Assembly: GCA_964016885.1 (NCBI GenBank)
Contig: OZ024742.1
Location: 117,614,001 to 117,678,000 of the forward strand
Length of the DNA: 64,000 bases
Direction: 5' to 3'
From: Eledone cirrhosa
Lineage: Eukaryota
The notes beneath the pieces are model-generated. The model saw only the letters and a list, made by a program, of their open reading frames with translations. It did not search any database and was not told the DNA's origin. Positions 12,880 through 25,945 of this stretch are shown piece after piece; within the stretch, counting starts at the first letter, position 1, and every line of letters starts with the position of its first letter. Made by a program: the position numbers and the translations under genes.

Positions 12880-13360
12880 GATCAGATTTACATATTTTAT
12901 GTTGGTAGGTGAATCTTCTTTAGCACTGCATGATGTCTATCCTTGTAGTTTTTTTCCTCCTTTCTGCCTTGAGATCCAGCTTCCTGAAGATAGCCTTCAC
13001 TACTTCATCCCGTATTTTTCTTGCTCTACTTCTTCCATAAGTTCCATTCCCTGAAATTTCTCTGTATTTCTTAGTGCAGCTTTAATATTCCATACACATC
13101 ACATGTCCCTACCAAAGCAGTCTTCTCTCTTGCACCCTGTGTCCAATTATTCTTATACCAAGTTTTTCTCTCAGCTGTCTTATACTACGTTGTTTATGCA
13201 TTTTAACATTGCACATCCATCAAAGTATATTTCATTTCTTTCTATCTTCTCAGGTTTTCTGCAATTAAGGCTCATGTCTCACTGCCATGTAGCATTGATG
13301 TTTGCTTGCAGGTGTCATAGTTTACCCTTCACTCTGAAAAAGAGCCCTTTTGTTATCAGC
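12880..13360 (-). mobile_element. Old RTE LINE fragment
   Basis: Degenerate match to the same RT C-terminal region (ctcactgccatgtagcattg, cf. ctcactgccatgcaacattg). Confidence 0.6.
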
Positions 13361-14517
13361 ATTAAAAACATTATTCTGATTTACAAATTTTCCACACATG
13401 GTAGCATGAAAATATTTAGGTATTTTTAAAAAACAAATAAGCTTCCTGAGGTTTTCATAGCACAAATTAGTTCTGCCTGCTTTGCTAAATAATAATAATG
13501 ATTTCTAGTATAGGCACAAGGCCAGTAATTTAGGGCGAGAGGAAAGTCAATTAAATCAACCACAGTGCATTAGTGGTGCTTTATTTTATCGACCCCGTAA
13601 GAAGGAAAGACAAAGCTAACCTTGGTGAGATTTGAACTCAGAATGTAAAGGGCCATAATTCTATGCCACAAAGCATAGTGTGCAACGCTCTACTGATACT
13701 GCCAATCTGCTGCCCTAAATAATAATTGTTTCTACTTTAGACACAAGGCTAGCAATTACCCAGTGCATTTTTATACTTTATTTTATACTTTATTGCATAC
13801 TTTATTTTATCGACCCTGTAAGAGGTCGATAAAATAAAATACCAGTAATGCACTAAATAATAATAATAATGATAATAATAATTTCTACTTTTGGCACAAG
13901 GCCAGCAATTATCCCAGTGATTTACTGGTGCTTTTTTTTATCGACCATATAAGAGTGAAAGGCAAAGTTAACCTCAGCAGGATTTAAACTCAGAACGTAA
14001 AGGGGCGTAACTCTATGCTGCAACGCATGGCGTCCGACCTTCTACCGATACTGCCAATAATAATAATAATAAGTAAGGTAACTATTTTAGAAGTAAGAAC
14101 TAATGATATGCTGTTAGTTGCCATACATGTGTTTAAGTAGAGATATGAAGGGTGAAGAACAGTATACCATTAATTATTACTTCTAAATCATCATTGTTTA
14201 ACAAACATTCATCTAGCAAGGATTGGACAGGTTGTCGGCAGACTGGGTTGGTGCTTAGCACAGATGTACTGACTCCAAAGTGCTTCCCCTGAGCAAAGAG
14301 CTGAACTGCATCTCATCAAGATTAATTCTATTTCTAATTAGTTGTGCAATAATTCTTTCTGTGACTTTCATAATCTGATCCAACAGTTTGAGGTCTCAAT
14401 AATTTCTTGTTTCTAATGCATCTCCTTTGCTCTTTTAAAAGTTGACAATGATGCAGCTACACTAGCCATTGGGTATGACACCTTCTTGCACTATCTGATT
14501 AACTGTGTGTGTGACTA

Positions 14518-14830
14518 TCATCATCATCATCACCATTTTACATCCGTTCTTCCACACTAGCATGGGTTAGACGGGTTGTTCTGTTGTGGGCAGTGGCCAG
14601 TCGGCTGACCATGTCTTGCTCATACGGGAACTGATTTTGGCTTGATTTCTACAGCTGGATGCCCTTCTTAACACCAACCTCATTTACAGGGACCCTAGTC
14701 CTATCATCTCATTTCTACAGCTGAGTAAACTGGAGCAATGTGAAATAAAGTGTCTTGCTCAAGGAAACAACACATCACCCAGTCCCAGTATTGAACTCAC
14801 AACCTTTCAATTGCAAGCCCACTGCTCTAA
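14518..14830 (-). mobile_element. Full-length SINE family B nested in an older RTE fragment (about 14200-15080)
   Basis: tRNA-like head at 14770-14830, core at 14650-14680, (GAT)n tail at 14518-14535. Both flanks translate as RTE pieces on minus. Confidence 0.75.
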
Positions 14831-16425
14831 CCACTAAGCCATGTGCCTTCTCTCTATGTTATAACATATTCCAACCAATAGTTTAATCATCTCAGCAACA
14901 ATCCTTGATAGACCACCTGCTCATCATACCTTCATTTCTTTAATTGTTATATCTACCATACTGCTGTCAACTTTGATGGCTGGTCCCTCAGTTGGGTCTG
15001 CTTGGAGTAGATATTTAAACTTTCATGTATTCTCTTCATTCATCAATCTCTCATAGTAACACTTCAGGCATTCCACATCAATGCCTGAAGGATCCATTCC
15101 TTTTTGAGTGAAGGAAAATGTCAACCTGTAGGTCTCAATGGCAACAAGCACAAAAAGGAAGTAACCTGAAAAATTAGAATGTTTGGTTATTTTCTGCTCC
15201 TCTGCATTATGGAAGGTGGTACCCAAGTTTGTGGTAGCAGTGATGAGGTTGGGACCTGTGAATGTGTCACAGTATAGGCATTCTCAGATTATTGATTTAC
15301 CCACCTCAAATGGGAAAAGGATTATCCTATCTGGGTACTTATCATTACTTTAGCTGAGGCCGGCAGACTCCAGTTGAGATGGGAAACTGGCCACATCAAG
15401 GTTACTTCTGACTGTAATCATTGAAGGTGGTGTGCCAAGGTAACTGACCTGCATGGTGGTGACAAAGAGCAGATGTAGTCTGAACTACACAATGGCCCAC
15501 ATGGCATTTGGTTAACTCACATACATGGAGACCAAGGTGTGAGGTTATGCTTATGTGGAAGCACCCCTCCTGAAGAATGGTAACATATTTATAGACGTGT
15601 AATGGTTTTGTTTCTATATTTTTATGTTTATTTGGCCGTATGTCTTTTGTTGTTGCTTTTCAATTGAAATTGATTGGGTTTTTTTTTTATTTAAATTTTG
15701 TTGAATCCTTTTGCTTACTCATAACAAGGAGTTCTGCTGTTCATGTTTTTTGTTATTTTTGTCTTTGTTTTTTTTTTGTTTTCTTTGTTTATGTACATAA
15801 CAAAACTATAGTTTTATATGTACATAATAAAGACTACATCTTCCAAGTAAAACAATGAGGACATAAATATTTCAGACAATCAGACAAGAGTAATTTCAAG
15901 AAGATTTCATTTAAATTCTTCCAGGTTGAGTCCAGTTAAAGCTGACCCAAGGCTACACAACAGCAACAATAACAACCAGAACATTCACATTTTTTACTGT
16001 ATAATCTGGTATAAAGGAGCAATACTCTTAACACTTTTCAGGGCCTCCTAGACTGTTTCGAAGAATGAAGGCATCCACAAACTGTTGTAAATGCTTGCAA
16101 CAGAGGGGAATCCACTAAGGGCACCCAAGGGCCAGGTAGTGTTGTTAAACTGGGTGACAGATGAAGTCTGTCATCCACACTGGTATCTTAACTAAGAACA
16201 TGAAGGGTAAAAACAAATGTCACAAGACAACTTGTCTGAGTCTCTAAGAACTTTACTAATCCATTGCTCTGGATTGTTACTCTATTTTATTGATTCCGAA
16301 AAGCTGAAAGACAAAGTTGACCATGTTAGAATTTGAACTTTGAACCAGAACAAAGGTTTTTGTCCTACACTTCTAACACCACCTTACAGTGTGGACTGAG
16401 TGATCTTTATCATGGTAAATAGATA

Positions 16426-16805
16426 TCATCATCATCATCATCATCGTTTAACGTCCGTGTTCCACGCTTGCATGGGTTTGGACGGGGGTTTTCCCACTTG
16501 AGGCAAGAGTGATTGTCTTGCTCGCATAGGACTGTCTGGCAGGTTTTCTACAGTTGGATGCCCTTCCTAACACCAACCACCTTTACAGTGTGGGTCTGGG
16601 AGGTTTTTACCGTGTTGCCTACACGGCCACATTACAGCGTGGACTGTGTGTTTTTTTGTCGTGACACCTACACGATCTCATTTGTTTCGGCCTGGATGGT
16701 GTGGCACCAACATAACTTTACATAGAAGGGGGCGGTGTGGATGGGGTGTGGGGGGGGGTGTATTTTGTTAGAGATGCCTACTGACTGTAGTAGGTTTTAC
16801 TTTAT
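16426..16805 (-). mobile_element. RTE 3'UTR-only copy
   Basis: Nearly identical to 11221-11615 and 6622-7005. Confidence 0.85.
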
Positions 16806-17845
16806 ATAAGATATATTTCAACAAACATATAGGTGCATTACTTTAGATGAATTTGTATTAGAATGCATCAAGGCATATTGACATAATCTAGATAGCCTCA
16901 TCATTATACCTGTTAGATAATAATGTAGAATCATATTTGCTTCAGCAAGAAGTTGTACATACTGCAATAACCAACAATATCCATGACCAGAGAAATATAT
17001 TATAAGATAATTTCAAACTAAGGGTCCCAAAAACTACCTTAGTTCTAGTTGGACATATGGATATATGTTGGACATATGGATATATGTGTGTGCAATGCTG
17101 AGAGCCACCACCCTCAAACATGGATGTGTACCATCTCCAAAACAACTAAAAGTACACCAACACCAGTATCACACCAAATGAGCATTAAAGTAGAAGACAT
17201 CTGCCAGACATAACAATGCTATCAGGGTGCCTATGAATATATCCTATGCTGAAGTGCTCATCATAGTTTATGGTGCCATCAAGTCACCTATTGAATTGCT
17301 GTAGCTGCCATATAATAAACATTATCATTGTCGTTTTTCTGTCCATGTTCCATGCTGATGTATGTTAGTTGGATCATGACTGTCTGAGACTAGATGGGTC
17401 AAAGAAATTACATTTTTCTTATACATTCTATATTTTGGCATAGTTTCTGTGGATGGATGCCATTCCTAATACCAACCACCTCACAGTGTCCTGGATGCAT
17501 TTTATCACATTATAGAAGGACATGAACACTACCACTTTGCATACATATATATGTAAATGTATATCTTTACTTTGCATTTAGCACTATTTGTTCAGGTGGA
17601 GACATTTGTTTATGTCCCACTGGTCAATATTTTGATCCCTGAAGATCAGTACATAACTTCAAAACAACTGAGAACTGTTGTTAGGAAGGGTATCTTAAAT
17701 ACATTTTAAAAACTGGCTTCGAAAATGTCCAGCACATGCCAACATGGAGGAAAAGTGGATGTAAACTGACAATGGTATCATCTGGTATTAGTTATGCCAA
17801 AATAGTAACTTAGAACAAATTGTATTCAAATCATATAAAAATGGT

Positions 17846-17848
<3 letters not shown>

Positions 17849-17939
<91 letters not shown>
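17849..17939. repeat. (CT)n microsatellite
   Basis: About 45 CT units seen directly. Confidence 0.95.
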
Positions 17940-18881
17940 AAAAATAAAGTTATTATAGTATAGTACAAATATATGAATTTCTAGAAACGTGTATGGTTAA
18001 CATTACAATATCAAATCAACTATTTTATTATTAATCAATTTAATAACACATTTTAAATTTTAATATTTGGAATTACCACAGAATTTCAGGATATAATCAA
18101 TAAAGATTGCTTAACAGTTAGGCAATCATTATGGCTGCTATAAAAATATTTGCTGTAAAGACGTAAACTCTTTCTGTATTAAAATATTTGCTATAACTTG
18201 GTTGGTTTATTCAGTCACACAATGAACTGACTGAAGCGTTAGAGCATTAAGTGAAATGTTTTGTGGTATTTATTCTGGTTCCTTGTGAATTAATTCAAAT
18301 TCTACTTAGGTGGACTTTCCCATTTATCCTTGCAGGGCTGATAAATAAATATCAGTCTTAGGCAGCAGGTTGTTAGAGAGGATGCCACACAATATTTGTT
18401 CTGGCTGCAAATCACACCATGACCTACTTGAGTGGTAGATTAAATTGGTCACCTGGCTCTTTGATACCATTAGCAGAGTCCACTCTGTTACAATCCTTTA
18501 GGTTAAGTCTCTTGTTTGAAGATGCCTCCTTCTTGCCATTCCATCAGATCTAGGATACTTCATAAGGGTCATAGCCAGCCACTCACTAAGCAATAATTCA
18601 AAAAAAAATGTTAACTATTCCATTTAAGATATTTTTAGCAAAATATTTTGTGACCAATGTTTCACTTGAAAAATTATTTATAAAATTATCATTTATTTTA
18701 ATAGAAACACTAATATAATTATCATGTTACATGAATTCAATAAAGTCTTTGATGAATATAAGTTAGTGAATCTGTCAAATATAATTTTTCTCATATACAC
18801 AATTAAATTCTGTACTCTGTGTTGAGAGCTGTGTAAGTCATGCACCAAGTCACTGTCAATAAAATGAGAGTTGACAATGAT

Positions 18882-19110
18882 TTAACCCTTTAGCATTTAA
18901 ACTGGCTGTATGCGGCCAGAATTCTCTCACCTCTTTCTGTTCAAACCAACAATAACTGGCCGCTTATACTGATGTTAAGGTATTGTTCTCAAAATAAATA
19001 TCATCAAGATCTTGTAGATTCGATATTATGTGAGATAATTATGTAAGATAAAGCCTTTACCATGAAAATTCAATAGTAAATATAGAGTAATGTAAATGCT
19101 AAAGGGTTAA
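18882..19110. mobile_element. piggyBac-type MITE (TTAA TSD, 14-bp TIR ccctttagcattta)
   Basis: TTAA-ccctttagcattta ... taaatgctaaaggg-TTAA, inserted within an RTE relic. A second, more diverged copy lies at 38821-39047. Confidence 0.85.
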
Positions 19111-19160
19111 GTGAAGTATTTAGTATGCAAGTGGGTATGTATCAAGGCTCAGTCTTTGCT

Positions 19161-19493
19161 CTCTGTTACAGGCTATTACTGAAGAGTTTAAGACTGACTG
19201 TCCATGTGAGCTGGCCCTCTGTTACTGGCTATTACTGAAGAGTTTAAGACTGATTGTCCATGTGAGCTGGCCCTCTGTTACTGGCTATTACTGAAGAGTT
19301 TAAGACTGACTGTCCATGTGAGCTGGCCCTCTGTTACAGGCTATTACTGAAGAGTTTAAGACTGACTGTCCATGTGAGCTGGCCCTCTGTTACTGGCTAT
19401 TACTGAAGAGTTTAAGACTGACTGTCCATGTGAGCTGGCCCTCTGTTACTGGCTATTACTGAAGAGTTTAAGACTGACTGTCCATGTGAGCTG
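19161..19493 (+). repeat. 56-bp minisatellite, about 6 copies, derived from the RTE RT core
   Basis: Unit ctctgttacWggctattactgaagagtttaagactgactgtccatgtgagctggcc starts at 19161, 19217, 19273, 19329, 19385 and 19441. Confidence 0.95.
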
Positions 19494-22309
19494 CTGCATG
19501 CTGACCACCTAATTATTCATTGCAGTATCTGTGGAAGATCTTTAGAAGAAATTCCAGTTGTGGAAGTAAAACTTAGAATTAAAAAGATTCAGGGTAAATT
19601 TAACAAAGATCAAAGTTCTAGTAAGTAGAAATGAAAACAAAATTCCAATATCATCGATGAAATGGCCATGCCTGATATACAGAATAAAAATTATATACAT
19701 GTACAGAAGAGGTGTAGTGGGATTGTGGACAGACTTATAGAAAATAATGATTTTTATATGTGTCAGATGCACAGGGGTAGTTAGTAGTAAAAGCACCACT
19801 GAAATAAATTTCTTCCAATCTGGGAAGGCTCTGTAGAACTAGTTGATAGCTTCTGTTACTTAAATGACCTAATTAATAGTAGTGAAGATTGCTTTGAAAG
19901 CATAGTAGCAGGAAGAACAGGGTTGAAAAAGTTCAGGGAGTTACTGTCTCTGTTGGCAAAAAGTAGATTGTATTATACATGTAAGAAAAGTACAATGTAT
20001 CATATAATCGTGAGACATATGCAATGAATGAATCAGATATGCAAAGGCTGAAGAGAATAAATCCAGTATGTTCTGCATGAATGATGAAGTATGGCTGAGC
20101 TGAGGGAAATTAGATGTTGCATGCAAGTGAGAAGATTGTGCTGGTACAGGAATGTAATGTGTATGGGGGATGATCACTGGGTGAAGAAATGTCAACAATT
20201 ATAAGTGAAGGGAAGTCATCAAAGAGGAAATCCAAGAAAGACATGGGTAGAGGGGGTGAAAGGTGACTTAAAACAACTACACCTCACAAAGGAGATGATA
20301 AAGGGAAAGACAAATGAAAGGATACTGGAGAGGACTCGTTTAACATATACAAGCATGGAAAATGGATGTAAAAATGATAATGTTGATGAGGATGCTAACA
20401 ATGGTAGATATTTCCAACTACATGGATCAATCTGTAGTAAGTTAAGTGGCATGTCTGTGGATACAACATAGTGTTGAAGACTAGACACAAACCCCTGACG
20501 TTGTGGATAGCTAGGTTTTTAGTTGTCCAGCAACCAGTTTGTGCTGTGAAAGACAATTTTTTTAAAACCCCAGAGGCTCATCATGCTGATGCTTATCACA
20601 GTTTCATTACTGAGAATATAAGATTTCTCACTGGACAAGATGCCAGTCCATCACAGTGTTAAACTTGAGCTGTGGCTGCTACTCTATTTCAGCTGTATGT
20701 AGTGGAGAAACATAAAATTAAGTGTTTTGCTTAAGAACACAACATACCACCTGGTCCAGGAATCAAACTCATGACATTACAATCATTAGTTCAACACTCT
20801 AACTATGCACCTAACTATGCACCTTCCCCAAGAAAAAAAAAACTACTAAGTATGAAATCCTGAAATTTCAGAATAGCTCAAAATGTTCTGCAAGACTAGG
20901 AACATGTAAAGTGAGCACTGTCATAATTGATTTAATTCATCAAAATCAATTAAATATGGAACACAGTGGGAAGTGGTTTTGATCACTAGCAGAACAGTGG
21001 CACACTCCAAACATTTTGAACTTATTAAACCTCATCAGTGAAGCAGTCTAACTATGACTGTAAGATTTTTAACTAGCTCATGGTATATTTTTTCTTTTAC
21101 TTTTAATGAATGAACATAGAGTGGTGTAATAACTTAAAAGATAGACTAGATTAAAATTATCCAGGGGACATGTAGATTTCCATGGAGCAATGAAATAATT
21201 ATTCTTTCTATTTACTGTTTAGTCAGGGAGAAAAGAACAATGCTTTTGAATCTTTTCAGGGCCTCTGAGACTAAGGGGAGGGAGGTTGAAGGAATCTTTA
21301 AACCTGAGCCTTGACCTAAATGATTGCAACAGAGCAGACACTACTAAAGACATCCAACAACAAGGTAATAGTGTTAAAGTGTGTATCATAGTAAGTCTAT
21401 CACCCAAGTGAGCAGCAGCTGGATTTTAACTCAGAAGGCAAATAACTAAAACAAATACTGCAAGCATCTCATCTGGCATTCTAGCAATTCTACCAATTCT
21501 AACCTGGAGTGACATTATTTTATTGACACTGGAAAGAGGAAAGGTAAAGTTGACCTCATTAGGACTTAAATTCAAAGCACAGAGAGCAGAAAAAAAATGA
21601 TTCTGCCAATTCACTGCCTAAAATTTGGAGATATTTGCTAGAGAAGTGTAACCGGAGGCATTCGGACTTACCTTGCATCTTTGATTCACTTTGGGCAAAG
21701 TCGTTCCACCATCCACGTGTGGTACATCTGACTTTGGGTATCAGAGTCTCTCTCAGTCTTGCTTCACACTACACGTCATCACTCGACCATGAACTGTTCG
21801 GGAAAGGGCAGTCAGTAGCGCCTGAACCCTCGTGTGACGTCACTTGTCCTCCCGCTTCCAGTCAGGCATCCCCCAACTTCTGACAATCTCCCCCACAGCA
21901 GCCCCACAGGAAGCTATGAAAACTACAAGCTATGAAATGGCAATATTGGTCTTTGATAACAATAAGAACAATGACAACAACATCCATTTTCAAATAGGAA
22001 GAAAGAAACCGTGAAACAAGCAAAGTCCAACTGAAATATATATTCCAAGGCAACTTCATTACAGGTAATGGTGGCTTGTATCAGGGTATCTGGTATCCTC
22101 ATCGGGAGAATATTCTAGTCATATAATGAGCCTGAGCTTCAAAGTTATGGGTTTGACTGCACTTGGGTTCAATGAGATAGTGAAATTGGGAGTAGCAGAT
22201 GGAGTGTTTGGTGTTGATATGATAGTAGGAGGTGAAGTCAAAATAGGCACAGGAGGAGGTGGGTTTAAGAAGGGTGTCATGAAGAGGGAGTGATTAAATA
22301 AAACAAAAC

Positions 22310-22787
22310 AAAGGATTGTTTAACTCAGTATATTTCAACATGATGTTTCAGTGCTATTACCCCCTTTTCAAATGTGAAACAGAAATGGTTCATAACAAAT
22401 GAATGATCGATGTGTTCTACCTTAACTGATTTATGTCTGAAATACCCTTGCATGGTATTTTTATAGTTGGCAATATGCATTTCCAATCTATTATTTATCT
22501 GTGGTTTATTCTTCTTGATGATAACAGCCTCTTTGATTCTTAAATTACCCACATTTCTTTCCGTCACATCTATGGTGACGACAATGTCTCGGTTGCAATA
22601 TTGTTGACAGAATAAGCTCTCGTGCTCATGTACTCATTGATCCTTATGTTGAAATATATTGGGTAAAGCATTTGTCATTGCTTACCTTTTATATATTTCT
22701 ACCACATCGTAGCATCATTTTAAAACTTATCAGTCATCTCACATTCCACACAATGCTTCATATTAACTATTTAGCCTTAATAAAATG

Positions 22788-22790
<3 letters not shown>
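22310..22790 (-). mobile_element. Penelope-like element 3' relic (GIY-YIG C-terminus and degenerate hammerhead)
   Basis: LRIKEAVIIKKNKPQINNRLE (cf. PLE L.IKE.L.I....P.LN), followed by tttcaca-tttgaaaa...GAAA-catcatg-tt-gaaa. Abuts (TG)n(TA)n. Confidence 0.55.
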
Positions 22791-22838
<48 letters not shown>

Positions 22839-22840
<2 letters not shown>

Positions 22841-23222
22841 TCATCATCATCATCATCACCGTTTTACGTCCGTTCTTCCACGCTAGCATGGGTTAGACGG
22901 GTTGTCCTGTTGTGGGCAGTGTCTGGTCAGCTGACCATGCCTTGCTCATACAGGAACTGATTTGGCTTGATTTCTACAGCTGGATGCCCTTCCTAACACC
23001 AACCTCATTTACAGTGAGTGCTGGGTGCTTTTTCGTGGCGCCTACACGTCCACTTTACAGTGTGGGCTGGGTGCTTTTTTGCCGTGGCACCTCCACGACC
23101 ACCTTGCGGTGGGGGGGGGGGCATATTGTCTATATGCTTCAGCTTGTACCCATGGGAGGTTGGGTACTCTGTATTACTGCGTGGCGCCAGAAGTCACGGT
23201 CGTGTGTCATTGTCTTTGAGAG

Positions 23223-23225
<3 letters not shown>
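22839..23225 (-). mobile_element. RTE/SINE-B shared 3' tail
   Basis: (CAT)n plus gtttctacagctggatgcccttcctaacacc-like core, shared with 14518-14690. Confidence 0.7.
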
Positions 23226-23309
<84 letters not shown>

Positions 23310-25201
23310 ACGTATATGTGTGTGTGTGTGAAGGTGTATGGCTTAGTGGTTAGAGCATTGGGCTTGCAATCGGGAGGTTGTGAGTTCGACTCTCGCACCA
23401 TTGTGTCTTTGAGCAAGACACGTTATTTATAATGTATATTTATATAAAACACGCACAAACTCACATATAAACACACAAATATACACACACACATATATAT
23501 ATATGTATGTAAGTGTGTGTGTGTGTGTGTATATATACATATATATATATACACACACACAGATATATATAAAATTTAATATATGTAATATACATTTATA
23601 ATGTATATTCATATAAAATGCACATACACACATATATGTGTATGTGTGTGTGTTTTGTAAACTTTTATTGATAACTATATTTTCAAGTTAAATGTTGTGT
23701 ATTTTTATAAGAAAAAAGGTACAAGAATAATGACATAAGATGTCTTCGGAATGTACTTTTCCTGAATTACATTATTTTTTACAGCTATATTTATATTGTT
23801 TACTGCATATATACTCATGCAGCAGTAAATAAAACATACTCCTTTTGTGTTTATAGTAATTTTGCTTCAGCTTTTGATTCATAAATATGTCAAATTTTGC
23901 TTTTCATAAATATTGTTGTAACATTGCTTGTGATTGTTTCTAAATAATATAATAAATCTTTAGTTGAAATAATCAGTTTAAACAGTGCTTTTAATTTGCC
24001 ATTGCTCATTATCTGGGAATATATGCAGCATCTGATGGGCATTGGGATTACAGCCAGCTCATACAGAACTGCATATATATATTTTGCACAATATATGTTC
24101 ATGGGACTACATATCATCATAAACAAATTTGTTTTGTAGGTGAATTAAATTCGGCATAATTGATTGTTTTTGTTTTTCACATAATGTCATCAGTGTATAT
24201 TTGCTTACAAGCACTAACATTCATAGAGACTGAGTAGTGACATGACCAACATATCATATATACCAAATCATTTGCTTGTGTATGTGTGCAAATTTCAAGC
24301 CTAGAACAAGGTACAATGCATAAGTCACATGCAGCTTTGCATATTCATTTATTTTACAAAAAGCTGTGATTTATCTATGAGTATATATGGTACAAATAAA
24401 TTAATCAAAGTTTTGTTTAATATGCCATTGTTAAAAAATCGCTTTTTATCTTACAATCTTTGAATCTAAAAATATTATATACATGTGATTCATATTTGAT
24501 TGAGTCTGTCTTGAAAATTACATTGTTGTTGATTTTCATAATGCTTTGATGTGTTGTTTTATAAATGCCAAGAGTCATAAGTTATCAGTACACATATAAA
24601 TGTTTTAGATTATTAAGCCTCATCTTTGGAAATATAATGTTTCTTTCAATATTTACATCTACATCGATTTTTATCTGGTAATCATTAGACAACCCTGCCA
24701 AAGTCAACTTTACTTTTCATACTTCTAGCATTGATAAAATAAACTATCAGTCAAATATATAGGGTTTGATAAAATCAACTATACCACTCCAGTCCCATAC
24801 CCATATTGAAGGATATGTGCCTATGATAGAGATTAATAATTGTATCTACGTTGTATTTTGATTGGTTTGAACTTCATTCATCATCAGATGTCTTATTCCT
24901 GAATATTATTTTAGTCTTTTACTGGTTTCAGTCACTGAACAGGTTATACTGGGGCACTGTCTTCAAGGAGTCAATCAGATAAACCCCAGTACTTATTTCA
25001 TTGATCTCAAAATGTGATATCAAAATGTGCTAGGTTACAGGACATAAACAAACAGCACCTTTTGTTAAGTGTTGTCAGTGTAAACACACATACACATGTA
25101 GCTTCATGTTCCATCATGTTGTGGGTATGTGGTTTCTACTATAGAATTGGGTCAACCAATGCCTCATGAGTGAGACTGGTAAATGAAAATGGTAAGAAAG
25201 C

Positions 25202-25239
<38 letters not shown>

Positions 25240-25298
25240 TTATACACATGCTAGCGTGGAAAGTGGACGTTAAACGAGGATGATGATGATGATGACAC

Positions 25299-25345
<47 letters not shown>

Positions 25346-25347
<2 letters not shown>

Positions 25348-25681
25348 AGGCACATGGCTCAGTGGTTAGAGCATTGGCCTTGCAATCGAAAGGTTGTGAG
25401 TTCAATTCTCAGACCGGGTGATGTGTTGTTTCCTTGAGCAAGACACTTTATTTCACATTGCTCCAGTTTACTCAGCTGTAGAAATGAGATGATAGGGACT
25501 GGGGTCCATATCATTCCACTGCAAAGTGGTCGTGGAGGTGCCACGGCAAAAAAGCACCCAGCACTCACTGTAAATGAGGTTGGTGTTAGGAAGGGCATCC
25601 AGCTGTAGAAATCAAGCCAAATCAGTTCCCGTCTCACCCTTGCAAGCAGGGAAAAGTGGACGTTAAATGAAATGAATGATG

Positions 25682-25683
<2 letters not shown>
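25346..25683 (+). mobile_element. Full-length SINE family B
   Basis: A-box-like tggctcagtggttagagc, B-box-like gagttcaattctc, ccttgagcaagacac core, RTE-like tail. Flanked by (TA)n on both sides. Confidence 0.85.
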
Positions 25684-25757
<74 letters not shown>

Positions 25758-25831
25758 TTACACACACAATATATATATATATGTGCCATCAACACCATAA
25801 ACACAGAGCTGGCATATCTAAGAACTGACCA

Positions 25832-25887
25832 ACTGCCTGATGAGGTCATAGCCATCCAATGGCTATCATCGAAATATATATAGCAGT
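25832..25887 (+). ncRNA. Minimal type-I hammerhead ribozyme (intact core)
   Basis: actgc-CTGATGA-ggtcatagccat-cca-atggctatcatc-GAAA-tatata-TA-gcagt. Perfect 5-bp helix I, helix II of about 11 bp closed by G-C, palindromic helix III, AUA cleavage triplet (cut predicted after 25882). Confidence 0.8.
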
Positions 25888-25907
25888 AAATAAAGGATTA
25901 TGTTTTG

Positions 25908-25945
<38 letters not shown>

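Larger units (their letters stand above)
18820..20400 (+). mobile_element. Degenerate RTE LINE (RT to 3' end), interrupted by the MITE and minisatellite
   Basis: QVGMYQGSV, TEEFKTDCPCELLHADHL, VDSFCYLND and RGNPRKTWVEGVKGDL motifs. Confidence 0.75.

Noticed and set aside
19161-19493. CRISPR-like array or tandem hammerheads (each unit contains ctgaagag)
   Set aside because: No unique spacers, eukaryotic context, and no downstream GAAA or helices. The unit is RTE RT coding sequence.
25346-25420. tRNA gene (similar heads at 23331, 37789, 14770)
   Set aside because: A/B boxes are present but there is no closed acceptor stem, and the sequence continues into a SINE body.
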